Assembly (NCBI GenBank): GCA_049319825.1
Contig: JBMORT010000002.1
Location: forward strand, 337,230 to 384,691
From: Patescibacteria group bacterium
Lineage (GTDB): Bacteria > Patescibacteriota > Patescibacteriia > UBA11705 > DATKZF01
Length of the DNA stretch: 47,462 bases
Direction: 5' to 3'
Part shown: in pieces, positions 1 to 11,147 of the stretch
Layout: each line of letters starts with the position of its first letter
Position numbering within the stretch: position 1 is the stretch's first letter
Position numbers and translations under genes: made by a program
Notes under the pieces: model-generated
What the model was told of the DNA's origin: nothing
Databases searched by the model: none
Seen by the model: the letters and a program-made list of their open reading frames with translations, nothing else

Positions 1-55
1 AATAGGTATGAATCACGAACCAGCGCCTGCCCCGCTCGAGGACTTGTTTTGGCAT
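1..55 (-). CDS. nusG: NusG N-terminus (partial, continues beyond the window start)
   Basis: Not in the ORF track because it is open at the window edge. The reverse complement of 1-55 reads ATG CCA AAA CAA GTC CTC GAG CGG GGC AGG CGC TGG TTC GTG ATT CAT ACC TAT = MPKQVLERGRRWFVIHTY, the W[YF]V[IV]HTY opening of NusG. It lies 22 nt downstream of secE, in the conserved secE-nusG order. Confidence 0.7.
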   Translation of the reverse strand, partial: MPKQVLERGRRWFVIHTY

Positions 56-77
56 ATTTTAAATTGATTAAAATTGT

Positions 78-260
78 TTAGACAACCCAGCTGATAATCT
101 TTGAAAAAATAAAATCCAAGGCTCCCAAAAAAATGGCCACGGAAAGGCTGATGCCGATGACGATCAAAGTATTTTTAATCGTTTCCTTTTTAGTCGGCCA
201 AGATACTTTTTTAAGCTCTGTCTTGGAATCGTTTAAGTACTGTGTAATTTTATTGGGCAT
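78..260 (-). CDS. secE: Preprotein translocase subunit SecE
   Basis: 60 aa with the KKVSWPTKKET motif followed by a single C-terminal TM helix. Sits immediately upstream of nusG. Confidence 0.85.
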   Translation of the reverse strand: MPNKITQYLNDSKTELKKVSWPTKKETIKNTLIVIGISLSVAIFLGALDFIFSKIISWVV

Positions 261-464
261 AAATATTTGTCAGGCGCAGAGTTCATATACAGCTTTATTG
301 GCAGGGGCATCGTTTGTAATTGAATCTGGCCGCTAAGAATTTTGCATAGTAATTTAGCAGGTCTTAAAAATAGCCCCGTGGGCTATTGAATGACAATTAA
401 AATATACACTAATTCTAAAATAAATGCAAGCGAATCGGTGAATAAGCGTGAATACCCCTAAATA

Positions 465-492
465 TTGACAAATTTGTCAGTTATTGTACGAT
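465..492 (+). promoter_or_regulatory. Sigma70-type promoter (TTGACA-16-TACGAT) with a perfect 14-bp palindrome over the -35 box
   Basis: TTGACA at 465-470 and TACGAT at 487-492. TGACAAATTTGTCA at 466-479 is its own reverse complement. Confidence 0.4.
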
Positions 493-525
493 AGATAAAG
501 CGTATATTAAAAGGAGGCGGCGACA

Positions 526-723
526 ATGTGCGATCCGGACAATTACTTTTACTATAATGCCTATCCGGTCGTCTCGCAAGATTATTTGAATACACAAATA
601 AACATTGGCGCGGATATTAAAGAGGTCGGAATCACCGATGTTTATGATAGTTCGAGGAACTTGACCAGATGGCAGCTGTTTTTCAACTGTGATACTGGCG
701 AAAGGTTCCGGATCAAGAGATAA
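526..723 (+). CDS. Small hypothetical protein (65 aa)
   Basis: AAAGGAGG lies 7 nt before the ATG. It has its own promoter upstream and a hairpin plus T-run directly after the stop. Preferred over the overlapping antisense ORF 481-774, which has no RBS. Confidence 0.5.
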   Translation: MCDPDNYFYYNAYPVVSQDYLNTQINIGADIKEVGITDVYDSSRNLTRWQLFFNCDTGERFRIKR

Positions 724-726
724 TCC

Positions 727-750
727 AGCAGCGACATACCGCTGCTTTTT
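727..750 (+). terminator. Rho-independent terminator
   Basis: AGCAGCG-acatac-CGCTGCT followed by TTTTT. Confidence 0.6.
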
Positions 751-849
751 CATATAGAAAAAAACCGCCAGCATCGCTGGTAATTTTCATTTACCTTGAC
801 CGCGTACACTCTTCAGTGTAAATTATGAGTATAGACTTAAATAAAACAT

Positions 850-2331
850 ATGTCTCAAACATCGACTTCAAGAGAGGAAAGAATGAAAAAATTACAGCTG
901 CTGGAGGAAAGGCAGATACCGCCCTACGCTGACAAATTCGATAAAAACACCGATGCCGGCCAGATTGATGAAACAATGATGGATAAAAAGGTCAGTATTG
1001 CCGGTCGGCTGATGCTTTTTCGCGACATGGGTAAATTAACCTTCGCCCATCTTCAGGATTTTTCCGGTCGCGTGCAAATAGTTTTTAAAGTCGATGAGCT
1101 CGGAAAACAAGCCTACAATGATTTTTTACAAACGATCAATATCGGCGATTTTGTCGGCGTCAGCGGACCGGTATTTAAAACGAAAAAGGGAGAAATCTCG
1201 GTTTTGGTGAAAAAATATAAATTTTTGTCCAAGTCGCTGCGCGATTTGCCTGAAAAGTTTCATGGGATTAAAGATCGCGAACTTATTTATCGTCAGCGTT
1301 ATTTGGACTTAATAATGAACGAAGGTTCGCGACGTCGTTTCAAATTTCGCAGCGATCTTTTGTGGGAGCTGAGAAATTTTTATAAACAAAACGGTTTTGA
1401 AGAGGTGGAAACATCCGTTTTGGGCAATACCGCATCCGGCGCTCTGGCAACGCCATTTAAAACTCATCATCAGGCGCTGGACATTGATTTATATTTGAGA
1501 ATCGCGCCGGAAATTCAGCTGAAGGAATTGATCATCGGAGGCTATGAAAAAGTTTTTGAGGTGGCTAAAGTATTCAGAAACGAGGGCATTGATCCCAGTC
1601 ATCTTCAGGAATTTTCCATGATCGAGCATTATGCGGCTTATTGGGATTTTAAGGACAACATGAAATTTACGGAAAAGATGCTGACTACGGTCATTAAAAA
1701 ATTATTGGGCACGTTAAAATTAAAAATATTAAACCGAGAAGAAAAATCGGTTGAAGTTGATTTTAAAACGCCTTGGCCGGTGGTTTCCTTCCGGCAATTG
1801 CTGAAAAAAGACTGCGGTATCGATATTGATCTTTTTGAAACAGCGGCTGATTTGAGGAAAGAAATTAAAAAAAGAAAAATTGTAATTGAGGGAATCGATA
1901 AACTCGGACGGGGAAATTTGATCGACGCGTTATATAAGGAGGTCTCGCGGCCAAAGCTGGTTAAACCGACTTTTTTAATCAATCATCCGCTGGATTTGTC
2001 TCCGTTGGCCAGAAAAAACGACAATGACCCGCGAGTGGTTGATCGGTTTCAGCTGGTGGTCAACGGCTGGGAAATCGTCAACGCATACAGCGAGTTAATC
2101 GATCCGATCGATCAGCAGCTTCGATTTGATCAGCAAACGAAAGCCAGGGCGGCCGGGGACAATGAGGCGATGCAAAAGGACACTGAGTTCGTGAAGGCGC
2201 TCGAGTATGGAATGCCGCCAACTTCGGGCTGGGGGATGGGCGTGGAGCGGCTCGCCGCGCTTTTAACCGGTCAATCAAATTTGCGCGATGTGGTGTTTTT
2301 TCCGATGATGAAGCCGGAAGATAACAAATAA
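850..2331 (+). CDS. lysS: Lysyl-tRNA synthetase, class II
   Basis: 493 aa with an N-terminal OB anticodon-binding region and class II core motifs (FRNEG, GWGMGVERL). Confidence 0.97.
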   Translation: MSQTSTSREERMKKLQLLEERQIPPYADKFDKNTDAGQIDETMMDKKVSIAGRLMLFRDMGKLTFAHLQDFSGRVQIVFKVDELGKQAYNDFLQTINIGDFVGVSGPVFKTKKGEISVLVKKYKFLSKSLRDLPEKFHGIKDRELIYRQRYLDLIMNEGSRRRFKFRSDLLWELRNFYKQNGFEEVETSVLGNTASGALATPFKTHHQALDIDLYLRIAPEIQLKELIIGGYEKVFEVAKVFRNEGIDPSHLQEFSMIEHYAAYWDFKDNMKFTEKMLTTVIKKLLGTLKLKILNREEKSVEVDFKTPWPVVSFRQLLKKDCGIDIDLFETAADLRKEIKKRKIVIEGIDKLGRGNLIDALYKEVSRPKLVKPTFLINHPLDLSPLARKNDNDPRVVDRFQLVVNGWEIVNAYSELIDPIDQQLRFDQQTKARAAGDNEAMQKDTEFVKALEYGMPPTSGWGMGVERLAALLTGQSNLRDVVFFPMMKPEDNK

Positions 2332-2347
2332 TCAATAAAATATAAAA

Positions 2348-2372
2348 AGACTGATTCGCTCAGTCTTTTTTT
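2348..2372. terminator. Bidirectional terminator between convergent lysS and gyrB
   Basis: AGACTGA-ttcgc-TCAGTCT, flanked by an A-run and a T-run. Confidence 0.7.
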
Positions 2373-2410
2373 GTTGTCTGCTTGACGTTATGTTTATGTG
2401 TTTTTCATCA

Positions 2411-4507
<2,097 letters not shown>

Positions 4508-4785
4508 TTAAATGAGGGAGTTGGTAAAAATTATCTAAAAAACCGATGAACGCTTGAGAAAATTACATAAATATTGTAGCAAAAATTTACCTGATTGAAA
4601 AGGGGATTGCTGATGATTACCAACGGTCATGACCAATTTGGTTTAAATATTGAATTGGTCCACAATGGTTACGAATTGCTGATTGTTTGGTGGCGAAATG
4701 TATCCTTCGATGCGATTGATGACAGACGGGAGTATATCAGCATCGCTGGTGCTACGCGCTCCATGTTCCACGCTCAAAGCAATTG

Positions 4786-4802
4786 TGTTATAATATAACC
4801 AT
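4786..4802 (+). promoter_or_regulatory. Extended -10 promoter (TGTTATAAT) placed 8 nt before the ATG; candidate leaderless start
   Basis: TG at 4786-4787, TATAAT at 4789-4794, ATG at 4803. No SD element. Confidence 0.4.
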
Positions 4803-5741
4803 ATGGCTTTTTCAATCGGAAAAAATAATAATGACGCTTCAGATTCAAAACCGGAATCTTCCCCAATGCCGAATCGAGCAGAGCCGACCAGCCCGGAGGA
4901 GCAGAGGCTGCAGTTTGGTTTGTGGTGGCTGGAGCATAAACAGACTCTTTTAGTCGTCGCTGTTTTGACGGCCATGGCTGTCGGCGGCGCATTATTGATA
5001 TTCGGGTTATATGGTTTGGCCGATTATTACCTGCTTGGCTATACAAAAAATCAGCGATTGTTTTCTTTGCGTACCGTGAATTTGAATTGGGATTATATCC
5101 GGCAGGTCAGCACGCCCGGGGCATTGTCATTTGACGCGGTAAAAGTAATTAAAGCCGGAGAAAATTATGATTTGGTGGTTAGGGTCACTAATCCCAATCA
5201 AGATTGGTACGTTCAAAAATTGGATTATCATTTTTCATTCGGCTCATCTCAAGCCGCGTCCACAAGCAGCTATGTTTTGCCAGGTGAATCAATGTATTTG
5301 GTTGAATTGAATCAAAAAAGAGCGGGCGCGCTGACTGCCGAACTGGTGATCGACGCCATTGAATGGAAGAAACAGTCCAATTTCAATATTTTAAAGGAGC
5401 AATTATTGAATTTTGAGGTGAGCGATGTAAATTATATCCCGGCCGGGCAAATCGAATCCGGCCAGCAGCCGATGAATCAGGTGAAATTCACCGTTAAAAA
5501 TAGTTCGCCGCAAAATTTTTGGAACGTTGATTTTGTCATATTGCTTTACGGTGGCGATCAGCTTCGCGCTGTTAATATTTATACTCTCGACAGTCTTGAT
5601 TCGCTCGAGCAGACCGCAGTAATGATCAATTGGCCCGGCGCTTTGCCGGCCATCAGCCGCGCGGTCGTGATTCCGCAAATCGATATTTTAAATCCCGATT
5701 CCTTTAAAGGATTCGGCGAAGTGAATGCCGAGGAAAAATAA
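4803..5741 (+). CDS. Hypothetical membrane-anchored protein (312 aa)
   Basis: Long ORF with one TM helix (LLVVAVLTAMAVGGALLIFGLYGL) after a polar N-terminus. No motif recognised. Confidence 0.7.
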   Translation: MAFSIGKNNNDASDSKPESSPMPNRAEPTSPEEQRLQFGLWWLEHKQTLLVVAVLTAMAVGGALLIFGLYGLADYYLLGYTKNQRLFSLRTVNLNWDYIRQVSTPGALSFDAVKVIKAGENYDLVVRVTNPNQDWYVQKLDYHFSFGSSQAASTSSYVLPGESMYLVELNQKRAGALTAELVIDAIEWKKQSNFNILKEQLLNFEVSDVNYIPAGQIESGQQPMNQVKFTVKNSSPQNFWNVDFVILLYGGDQLRAVNIYTLDSLDSLEQTAVMINWPGALPAISRAVVIPQIDILNPDSFKGFGEVNAEEK

Positions 5742-5848
5742 TCGGTGGCCCAAGTAATTTGTGATGAGTTCGGAATTTCTTTGATTCCCTGTCTTTTACG
5801 AATTACTTTTTTTTGTTGCTCATTTTTTAGATTTATCGTAAGATTACG

Positions 5849-6952
5849 GTGACTATGTACGGATTAATCCAAAAAATAAGAAAATTCGACTGGGTGCTCT
5901 TGGTGGCAATTTTTTTACTGTTGGTTTTAGGGTTGAGCGCCGTTTACAGCGTGGACTTAAGCAAAGAAGGGGATCATTTTTCAAGTTTTAAAAAACAAGT
6001 GATTTTTTCCATCGTCGGTTTGCTGATATTTGTTTTTTTCAGCTTGTTGAATTATAATTTTTTTCGATCATACAGCCGCTTGATATACATTATCGTCTTG
6101 CTGCTGCTAATTTTCGTGTTAATCTTTGGCAGCAATATCCGTGGCACTACAGGCTGGTTCGCCATTGGCGGTTATGGGTTTCAGCCGGTCGAGCTGGCGA
6201 AAGTGGCGTTGATAATTTTTTTGGCTAAATTTTTTTCCAATCGTCATCAGCAGTTCAGCCAAGTCAAGCATATCGTCATCAGTTTTATCGGCACGGCCGT
6301 GCTTGTCTTTTTGATCATGCTGCAACCCGATCTTGGTTCGTCGATGATTCTTTTGGGCATTTGGGCGGTACTGCTGGTGATGACCGGTGTTCGGCGATCT
6401 TATATAATATTTTTAATTTTGGTGGTGATCGTCGTTTTTTCTTTTTCCTGGCTGGTGATTTTAAAGGATTATCAAAAAGAAAGAATCTTGACTTTCCTCG
6501 ATCCCGGTCGCGATCCGCTGGGCAGCGGTTATAATGTTTCTCAGTCGATGATTGCCGTCGGCTCCGGCCAGCTTTTGGGACGTGGTTTGGGTTTTGGCTC
6601 TCAAAGTCAGTTAAGGTTTATTCCCGAAAGCCAAACCGATTTCGTGTTCGCAGTTATCGCCGAGGAACTGGGCTTGCCCGGCGTGATACTGGTGCTCGGC
6701 TTATGGTCGTTGATATTTTTCAGATTGGTATCAGCCGCGAAAAAAGCGCCGAATGATTTTTCCATGTTTTTTATTTTAGGGGTAATCATACTGTTTTTTT
6801 TGCATGTTTTCGTAAATATCGGCATGAATATGGGTTTGGTGCCGGTGACGGGCATATCGCTTCCGCTATTGAGCGCCGGCGGCAGCTTTTTATTCATTGC
6901 CTTGGCCACTTTGGGTATATCCGAGAGCATAATAATGCGCAGTGAAAAGTAG
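5849..6952 (+). CDS. SEDS-family peptidoglycan polymerase (FtsW/RodA)
   Basis: 367 aa, about 10 TM helices, conserved GSGQLLGRGLG, PESQTDFVFAVIAEELG and PVTGISLPLLSAGGS blocks. The track start is GTG 5849; ATG 5855 is an alternative. Confidence 0.9.
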   Translation: MTMYGLIQKIRKFDWVLLVAIFLLLVLGLSAVYSVDLSKEGDHFSSFKKQVIFSIVGLLIFVFFSLLNYNFFRSYSRLIYIIVLLLLIFVLIFGSNIRGTTGWFAIGGYGFQPVELAKVALIIFLAKFFSNRHQQFSQVKHIVISFIGTAVLVFLIMLQPDLGSSMILLGIWAVLLVMTGVRRSYIIFLILVVIVVFSFSWLVILKDYQKERILTFLDPGRDPLGSGYNVSQSMIAVGSGQLLGRGLGFGSQSQLRFIPESQTDFVFAVIAEELGLPGVILVLGLWSLIFFRLVSAAKKAPNDFSMFFILGVIILFFLHVFVNIGMNMGLVPVTGISLPLLSAGGSFLFIALATLGISESIIMRSEK

Positions 6953-7006
6953 ATTAGACCGCTTGACGATTCGCAAATAAGCGGTTATACTAGCAAAATA
7001 GAAGAT

Positions 7007-7330
7007 ATGATACCGCAAAATCATTCATTAAAAATCATCAGCAATTGCCCGGCTTGTCGGGCAATGTATAACCCGGCGGAAATCAATATTGTTGACGAAA
7101 AAGAAAATGCCCATATCCTGCATCTGACTTGCCAGCGCTGCAAAAACAATATGTTGGTTTTACTTTTGGCCAGCGCCAAAGGCATTAGCAGTATCGGATT
7201 ATTGACGGATTTGGAGAGCAGTGAAGCGGTCAAGTTCATTGACAGTCGGCCGATATCGAGCGACGAGGTGCTGGAAGCGAAAGAGCTGATGTCCGATACC
7301 AGGAAATTTTTTGAAATATTAAAAAGATAG
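7007..7330 (+). CDS. Hypothetical zinc-ribbon protein (107 aa)
   Basis: CPAC...CQRC pair (CxxC-N26-CxxC). No other motif. Confidence 0.6.
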   Translation: MIPQNHSLKIISNCPACRAMYNPAEINIVDEKENAHILHLTCQRCKNNMLVLLLASAKGISSIGLLTDLESSEAVKFIDSRPISSDEVLEAKELMSDTRKFFEILKR

Positions 7331-7393
7331 AATTTAAATCAGAAAGCGAAACCCGGTTTTTCCGATTTCGATTTCAGATTGTAATTAATTAAT

Positions 7394-8080
7394 ATGCCGT
7401 ATTCATTGTCAGTTAAAAAAAGAGCAGGAGGCGAATCAATCAGTGATTTATTGAAAAAAAATATTGTGCCGGGCGTAATCTACGGTCCAGAAGTCAAGGA
7501 AAATATTTTAATTCAGATTTCCGAGCAGGATTTAAAAAAGGCTTATGATTTAGCCAGCAGCGCCATGATTGATCTGGTGGTCGGAGATCAGAAAACTCCG
7601 TTGGAAGTTTTGCTCAAAGCCGTGCAGTTTGATTCGATTTCCGATCGACCGGTCCATGTTGATTTTTATCAGGTGAAGCGGGGACAAAAAATCGAAACCG
7701 AGGTGGATTTGCATTTTATCGGCGAGGCGCCGGCAGTAAAAACATTGGGCGGTATCCTGGTCAAGCAATTAGATTCGATTTCCGTCAAGTGTTTGCCCCG
7801 CGATCTCGAAAAAGTGGCCGATCTCCAAGTCGACCTCAGTCAATTGAATACATTTGAAGATTATATCCACATCAAGGATATAAAGATTCCCGATGGAGTC
7901 GAGCTGATGGAGAATTTGGATGATGTCGTGGCTTTCGTGTCCGAACCGGAAGAAGACATCGCCGAAGCCGCACCGTCATTGGAAGATCAGATGCAGAAAG
8001 TCGAAGTCGAAGCCAAAGGCAAAGAGGTGAAAGAAGGCGAAGCCGAAGGCAAGGCGGCGCCGGCGGAAAAAAGCAAATAG
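7394..8080 (+). CDS. rplY: Ribosomal protein L25 (Ctc form)
   Basis: 228 aa with an L25/Ctc N-terminus (GVIYGP..., VHVDFYQV) and an acidic/lysine-rich tail. Confidence 0.9.
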   Translation: MPYSLSVKKRAGGESISDLLKKNIVPGVIYGPEVKENILIQISEQDLKKAYDLASSAMIDLVVGDQKTPLEVLLKAVQFDSISDRPVHVDFYQVKRGQKIETEVDLHFIGEAPAVKTLGGILVKQLDSISVKCLPRDLEKVADLQVDLSQLNTFEDYIHIKDIKIPDGVELMENLDDVVAFVSEPEEDIAEAAPSLEDQMQKVEVEAKGKEVKEGEAEGKAAPAEKSK

Positions 8081-8139
8081 CCAAAAATAATAAAAGTTGA
8101 TAGAATGAAAGTGTCTTATTAGTAGGCACTTTTATTTTT

Positions 8140-9201
8140 ATGAGCGACACAGAAAAAATTGCTTGGTATAAAAACAAACAATTGATAGCCATCGGTTTAT
8201 TCGCGGGCGTCTTGTTGGCCGCGGTTATAATTTCTTATTTATTTACCGATAAACCACCGTCAGCGCCGGCGCCAGACCAGCCCGCGACGGGAGAATCTTC
8301 GTTAGATTGCCCCCAGCGACGACTTTTGGATAATGTCTGCGTCGCGGCCGGGTTCGGCAATTTAACCCCATGGGCGGTGATGATTGAAAATAATATCGAA
8401 GCCCGGCCGGTCGCCGGCATCGATGCCGCCAGTTTGGTGTTCGAGGCGATCGCCGAAGGGTCGATAACCAGATTCTTAGCCGTTTTTCCCGGTGACAGCG
8501 AAGTGGAGAAAATCGGTCCGGTCAGATCGGCCAGGCCTTATTATCTCGATTGGGCCACTGAATTTGATCCGGTTTATATCCATGTCGGCGGTAGTCCGCA
8601 GGCACTGGCAGAGCTGGCGGATTCGTCGATGAAGGATTTGAATCAATTTTATTTTGGCGATTATTTTTGGCGGTCCAATGATCGGTTTGCTCCGCATAAT
8701 GTGTACACTTCAAGCCAGCTGATTAATAAAGTAATGGAAAAGAAAGACTGGTCGGGCACTTCAGAATATGAACCATGGCAATTCAAAGACGAAACGGCCA
8801 GCGCTGACAGCACGGCGGAGCAAAACATCGTTATCAATTATAATTCCAGTTATTACGATGTGAATTGGCAATATGATGCCGAAAGCAACGAATACGTGAG
8901 ATATCAATCGGGTAAGAAATATCTCACCGAAGCCGGAGACGCCGTCACTGCCAAAAATGTCGCCGTGGTCTATACGCTGGTCAGGGTAATAGACGATTAC
9001 GGCCGGCTGGATACCAAGACCATCGGCCAGGGCCGAGCGCTGGTTTTCCGCGATGGCATCGGCATTGACGGTCAATGGAAAAAACAAAATGCCAAAAGCC
9101 GGTTGCGTTTTTATGACCAAGCGGGAGAAGAGATTCGGATGAACGGTGGGAAAACGTGGATCGCCATCGTGCCTGATAATCTGCCGCTGGCGGAATATTA
9201 A
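8140..9201 (+). CDS. DUF3048 (YerB-like) secreted or anchored protein
   Basis: N-terminal TM. The AVMIENNIEARP..., EGSITRFLAVF and IGPVRSARPYY blocks match my recollection of the YerB/DUF3048 family. Confidence 0.75.
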   Translation: MSDTEKIAWYKNKQLIAIGLFAGVLLAAVIISYLFTDKPPSAPAPDQPATGESSLDCPQRRLLDNVCVAAGFGNLTPWAVMIENNIEARPVAGIDAASLVFEAIAEGSITRFLAVFPGDSEVEKIGPVRSARPYYLDWATEFDPVYIHVGGSPQALAELADSSMKDLNQFYFGDYFWRSNDRFAPHNVYTSSQLINKVMEKKDWSGTSEYEPWQFKDETASADSTAEQNIVINYNSSYYDVNWQYDAESNEYVRYQSGKKYLTEAGDAVTAKNVAVVYTLVRVIDDYGRLDTKTIGQGRALVFRDGIGIDGQWKKQNAKSRLRFYDQAGEEIRMNGGKTWIAIVPDNLPLAEY

Positions 9202-9203
9202 TT

Positions 9204-9881
9204 ATGAAAAAAAATAAATGGTCCAAATTTTATTTATGGGGCGTATTGATGATTCTTGCCGTCGGATTGCTGATTTTCGGTTATAATTTAATGAACGGAA
9301 AAAATTTATTTGCCAAACGGCAGAATTTTGATTTTTCCCAATATTTGGACACCAAAGATTTTAATCCGTTTTTTCAAAGAAAAGTCATGGAATTGGCCGA
9401 AACAATAAATGCTCAGGCCCATCCTGCCGCGGAGCAAGCGGCGGCCGCTGATGAGCCAGCACCCGGCGTGTACTTTACTCAATTTTTTAAAAAAACTACC
9501 CCGGCAGAGACTGAAAAATATATCCGTGATTTTTTAAGTGATTTTGCAGAAATCGGCGAGAAGCGCATCATTGATTTATACGCCAGCGATTGTTTCGATT
9601 TAAATATAAATCCAGAGCATCGGTCGGAAACGCTGGAACATTTGGCGGCCGAAGCGGATCTTACGCAATTAGCTGTGATCGAACCGCCCGTTTGGCAGGC
9701 TTGCTATAGCGGATCGTATTATCCTGATCAAATTATTACAAAAATCGCATCTCTTGATTTAAATTTGATGATTGATCAGTCTCCGGGGGATTATGTCGCT
9801 AGACTCGATGGCGAATTATCGTCGGAGACGGAAGCAAAAATTACGGAGATGTATGGCGATGTGATCAAAATTAAAAAGTAA
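9204..9881 (+). CDS. Hypothetical membrane-anchored protein (225 aa)
   Basis: Starts 3 nt after the previous stop. Single N-terminal TM. Confidence 0.7.
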   Translation: MKKNKWSKFYLWGVLMILAVGLLIFGYNLMNGKNLFAKRQNFDFSQYLDTKDFNPFFQRKVMELAETINAQAHPAAEQAAAADEPAPGVYFTQFFKKTTPAETEKYIRDFLSDFAEIGEKRIIDLYASDCFDLNINPEHRSETLEHLAAEADLTQLAVIEPPVWQACYSGSYYPDQIITKIASLDLNLMIDQSPGDYVARLDGELSSETEAKITEMYGDVIKIKK

Positions 9882-9940
9882 ACAACCAGATAATAATAAA
9901 ATCGCTCGGCCCGTCAGCTGGTCAGCGATTTTTTGTTTTT

Positions 9941-9974
9941 GCCGGGGCGACGCGCGCGAGCGCGTCGCCCCGGC
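9941..9974. repeat. Perfect 15-bp GC-rich hairpin with a GCGA loop
   Basis: GCCGGGGCGACGCGC-gcga-GCGCGTCGCCCCGGC. A GC-rich island in an AT-rich spacer with no adjacent T-run downstream. Confidence 0.6.
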
Positions 9975-10059
9975 TCAGGTGAAATAAAACGGCGACCCGT
10001 TTGTATTAATATGCAGACAGCGGTTAATCGCCTTAATAACAAATAATCAATCGACTTCT

Positions 10060-10986
10060 ATGAAACAAATTAAAAAAACATCTTTGGCAGTAACAAGTAT
10101 CGTTCTTTTTGGATTATTAATCACCAGCACGGTTTACGCCTACGACGGCGATTTATGGCTTGATCCTCAAATGGATGAAAGCATGGGCCATAAATCGGGA
10201 AACCATGTTTTTGGCCCGGGCATGCGACTGGGAGCGAAGAATGGATTTGCTGGAGAAATCAAGGATATCGGAGCGGAAATTCTCGGTCTGACCGCGGATC
10301 AATTGAAATCAAAAATCGATTCCGGCCTGACACTTCAAGAAATTATCAAGGAAGCCGGTTATACTCAGGAATCATTTCGTCAGGCCATGAACGAAAAAAT
10401 GACGGCGGATATGAAATCGAAGCTCGAGCAGTTGGTGAACGAAGGTAAAATTACCACTGAGCAAATGAACAAGAAACTGGATCACATCCAAGAACGAGAG
10501 CGCTGGGCGCATGATTTGAGAGATAAAATCTTGTCCGCCCAAGCCGAGCTACTAGATATGTCATCAGCGGAACTTCAAGCCAAGCTTGATTCGGGCGACA
10601 ACCTTAAAGATTTGGTTAAAGAAGCCGGGTTCACGATAGAAGAATTCCACTCAAAAATGTCAGAGAGAAGAACAGCCATAGAAAAGGAGCATCTTAAAGA
10701 TTTGCTCAGTCAGGGGAAAATCACTCAGGATGAATACGATAGAATGATCAAGCAAATAGAAAACGGACAGCTGCCCGGCCTGCCTGGCGAAAGAGCGGGT
10801 AATCGCTTCGAAAGCGTAAAAGCTCCGCTGCAGGAATTGGTCGAAACCGGTGTAATCACCGCCGATCAGTTAGATAAAATATTGGCTAAACTGGAAAAAT
10901 TCGGCAGTGAAAATAAACCGGATAAATTCATCGGCCATGGCGGTCAAGGCATTTTCAACGGATCACAAGCCCTGGGATTAAATTAA
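10060..10986 (+). CDS. Secreted helical repeat protein (308 aa)
   Basis: Signal peptide (…TSTVYA/YDG). Internal duplication: LTADQLKSKIDSGLTLQEIIKEAGYTQESF... versus MSSAELQAKLDSGDNLKDLVKEAGFTIEEF... Confidence 0.75.
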   Translation: MKQIKKTSLAVTSIVLFGLLITSTVYAYDGDLWLDPQMDESMGHKSGNHVFGPGMRLGAKNGFAGEIKDIGAEILGLTADQLKSKIDSGLTLQEIIKEAGYTQESFRQAMNEKMTADMKSKLEQLVNEGKITTEQMNKKLDHIQERERWAHDLRDKILSAQAELLDMSSAELQAKLDSGDNLKDLVKEAGFTIEEFHSKMSERRTAIEKEHLKDLLSQGKITQDEYDRMIKQIENGQLPGLPGERAGNRFESVKAPLQELVETGVITADQLDKILAKLEKFGSENKPDKFIGHGGQGIFNGSQALGLN

Positions 10987-11005
10987 TATAAATCGTCGTT
11001 GGTTT

Positions 11006-11041
11006 AAAAAATCCGCGAGCCGGTACGGCAGCGGATTTTTT
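11006..11041 (+). terminator. Rho-independent terminator
   Basis: ATCCGC...GCGGAT stem followed by TTTTTT. Confidence 0.6.
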
Positions 11042-11045
11042 ATAT

Positions 11046-11141
11046 GGCCCGTGTTCATGCGCCGTGCGCGGCGCGCAGGGACACAGCGCTGCGCTGTCCC
11101 TGCAATTCGTCCGACAAAGCGGACGAATTATGAACACGGCC
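11046..11141. other. GC-rich element of about 96 nt that can fold as a four-way junction
   Basis: Outer stem GGCC(C)GTGTTCAT / ATGAACACGGCC encloses three hairpins: GCGCCG-tgcg-CGGCGC, CAGGGA(ca)CAGCG-ctg-CGCTGTCCCTG and AATTCGTCCG-acaaag-CGGACGAATT. Confidence 0.5.
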
Positions 11142-11147
11142 GGCTGA

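Noticed and set aside
261-464. Looked for the tRNA-Trp and rpmG that often precede secE
   Set aside because: No cloverleaf or T-loop (GTTCGAATC-like) sequence and no L33-like small ORF on either strand. The only structure is a TAGCCC-cgt-GGGCTA hairpin at about 371-385.
481-774. 97-aa minus-strand ORF
   Set aside because: It overlaps the plus-strand 65-aa ORF, which has a promoter, SD site and terminator. The minus ORF has none of these and reads through two hairpins.
4613-4798. Possible 61-aa ORF (MITNGHDQ...) with AAGGGG 7 nt upstream, in the gyrB/4803 divergent spacer
   Set aside because: The weak RBS-like element is the only support. The ORF overlaps the TGTTATAAT promoter of the next gene and has no recognisable features. 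It is left uncalled and could be revisited with expression data.
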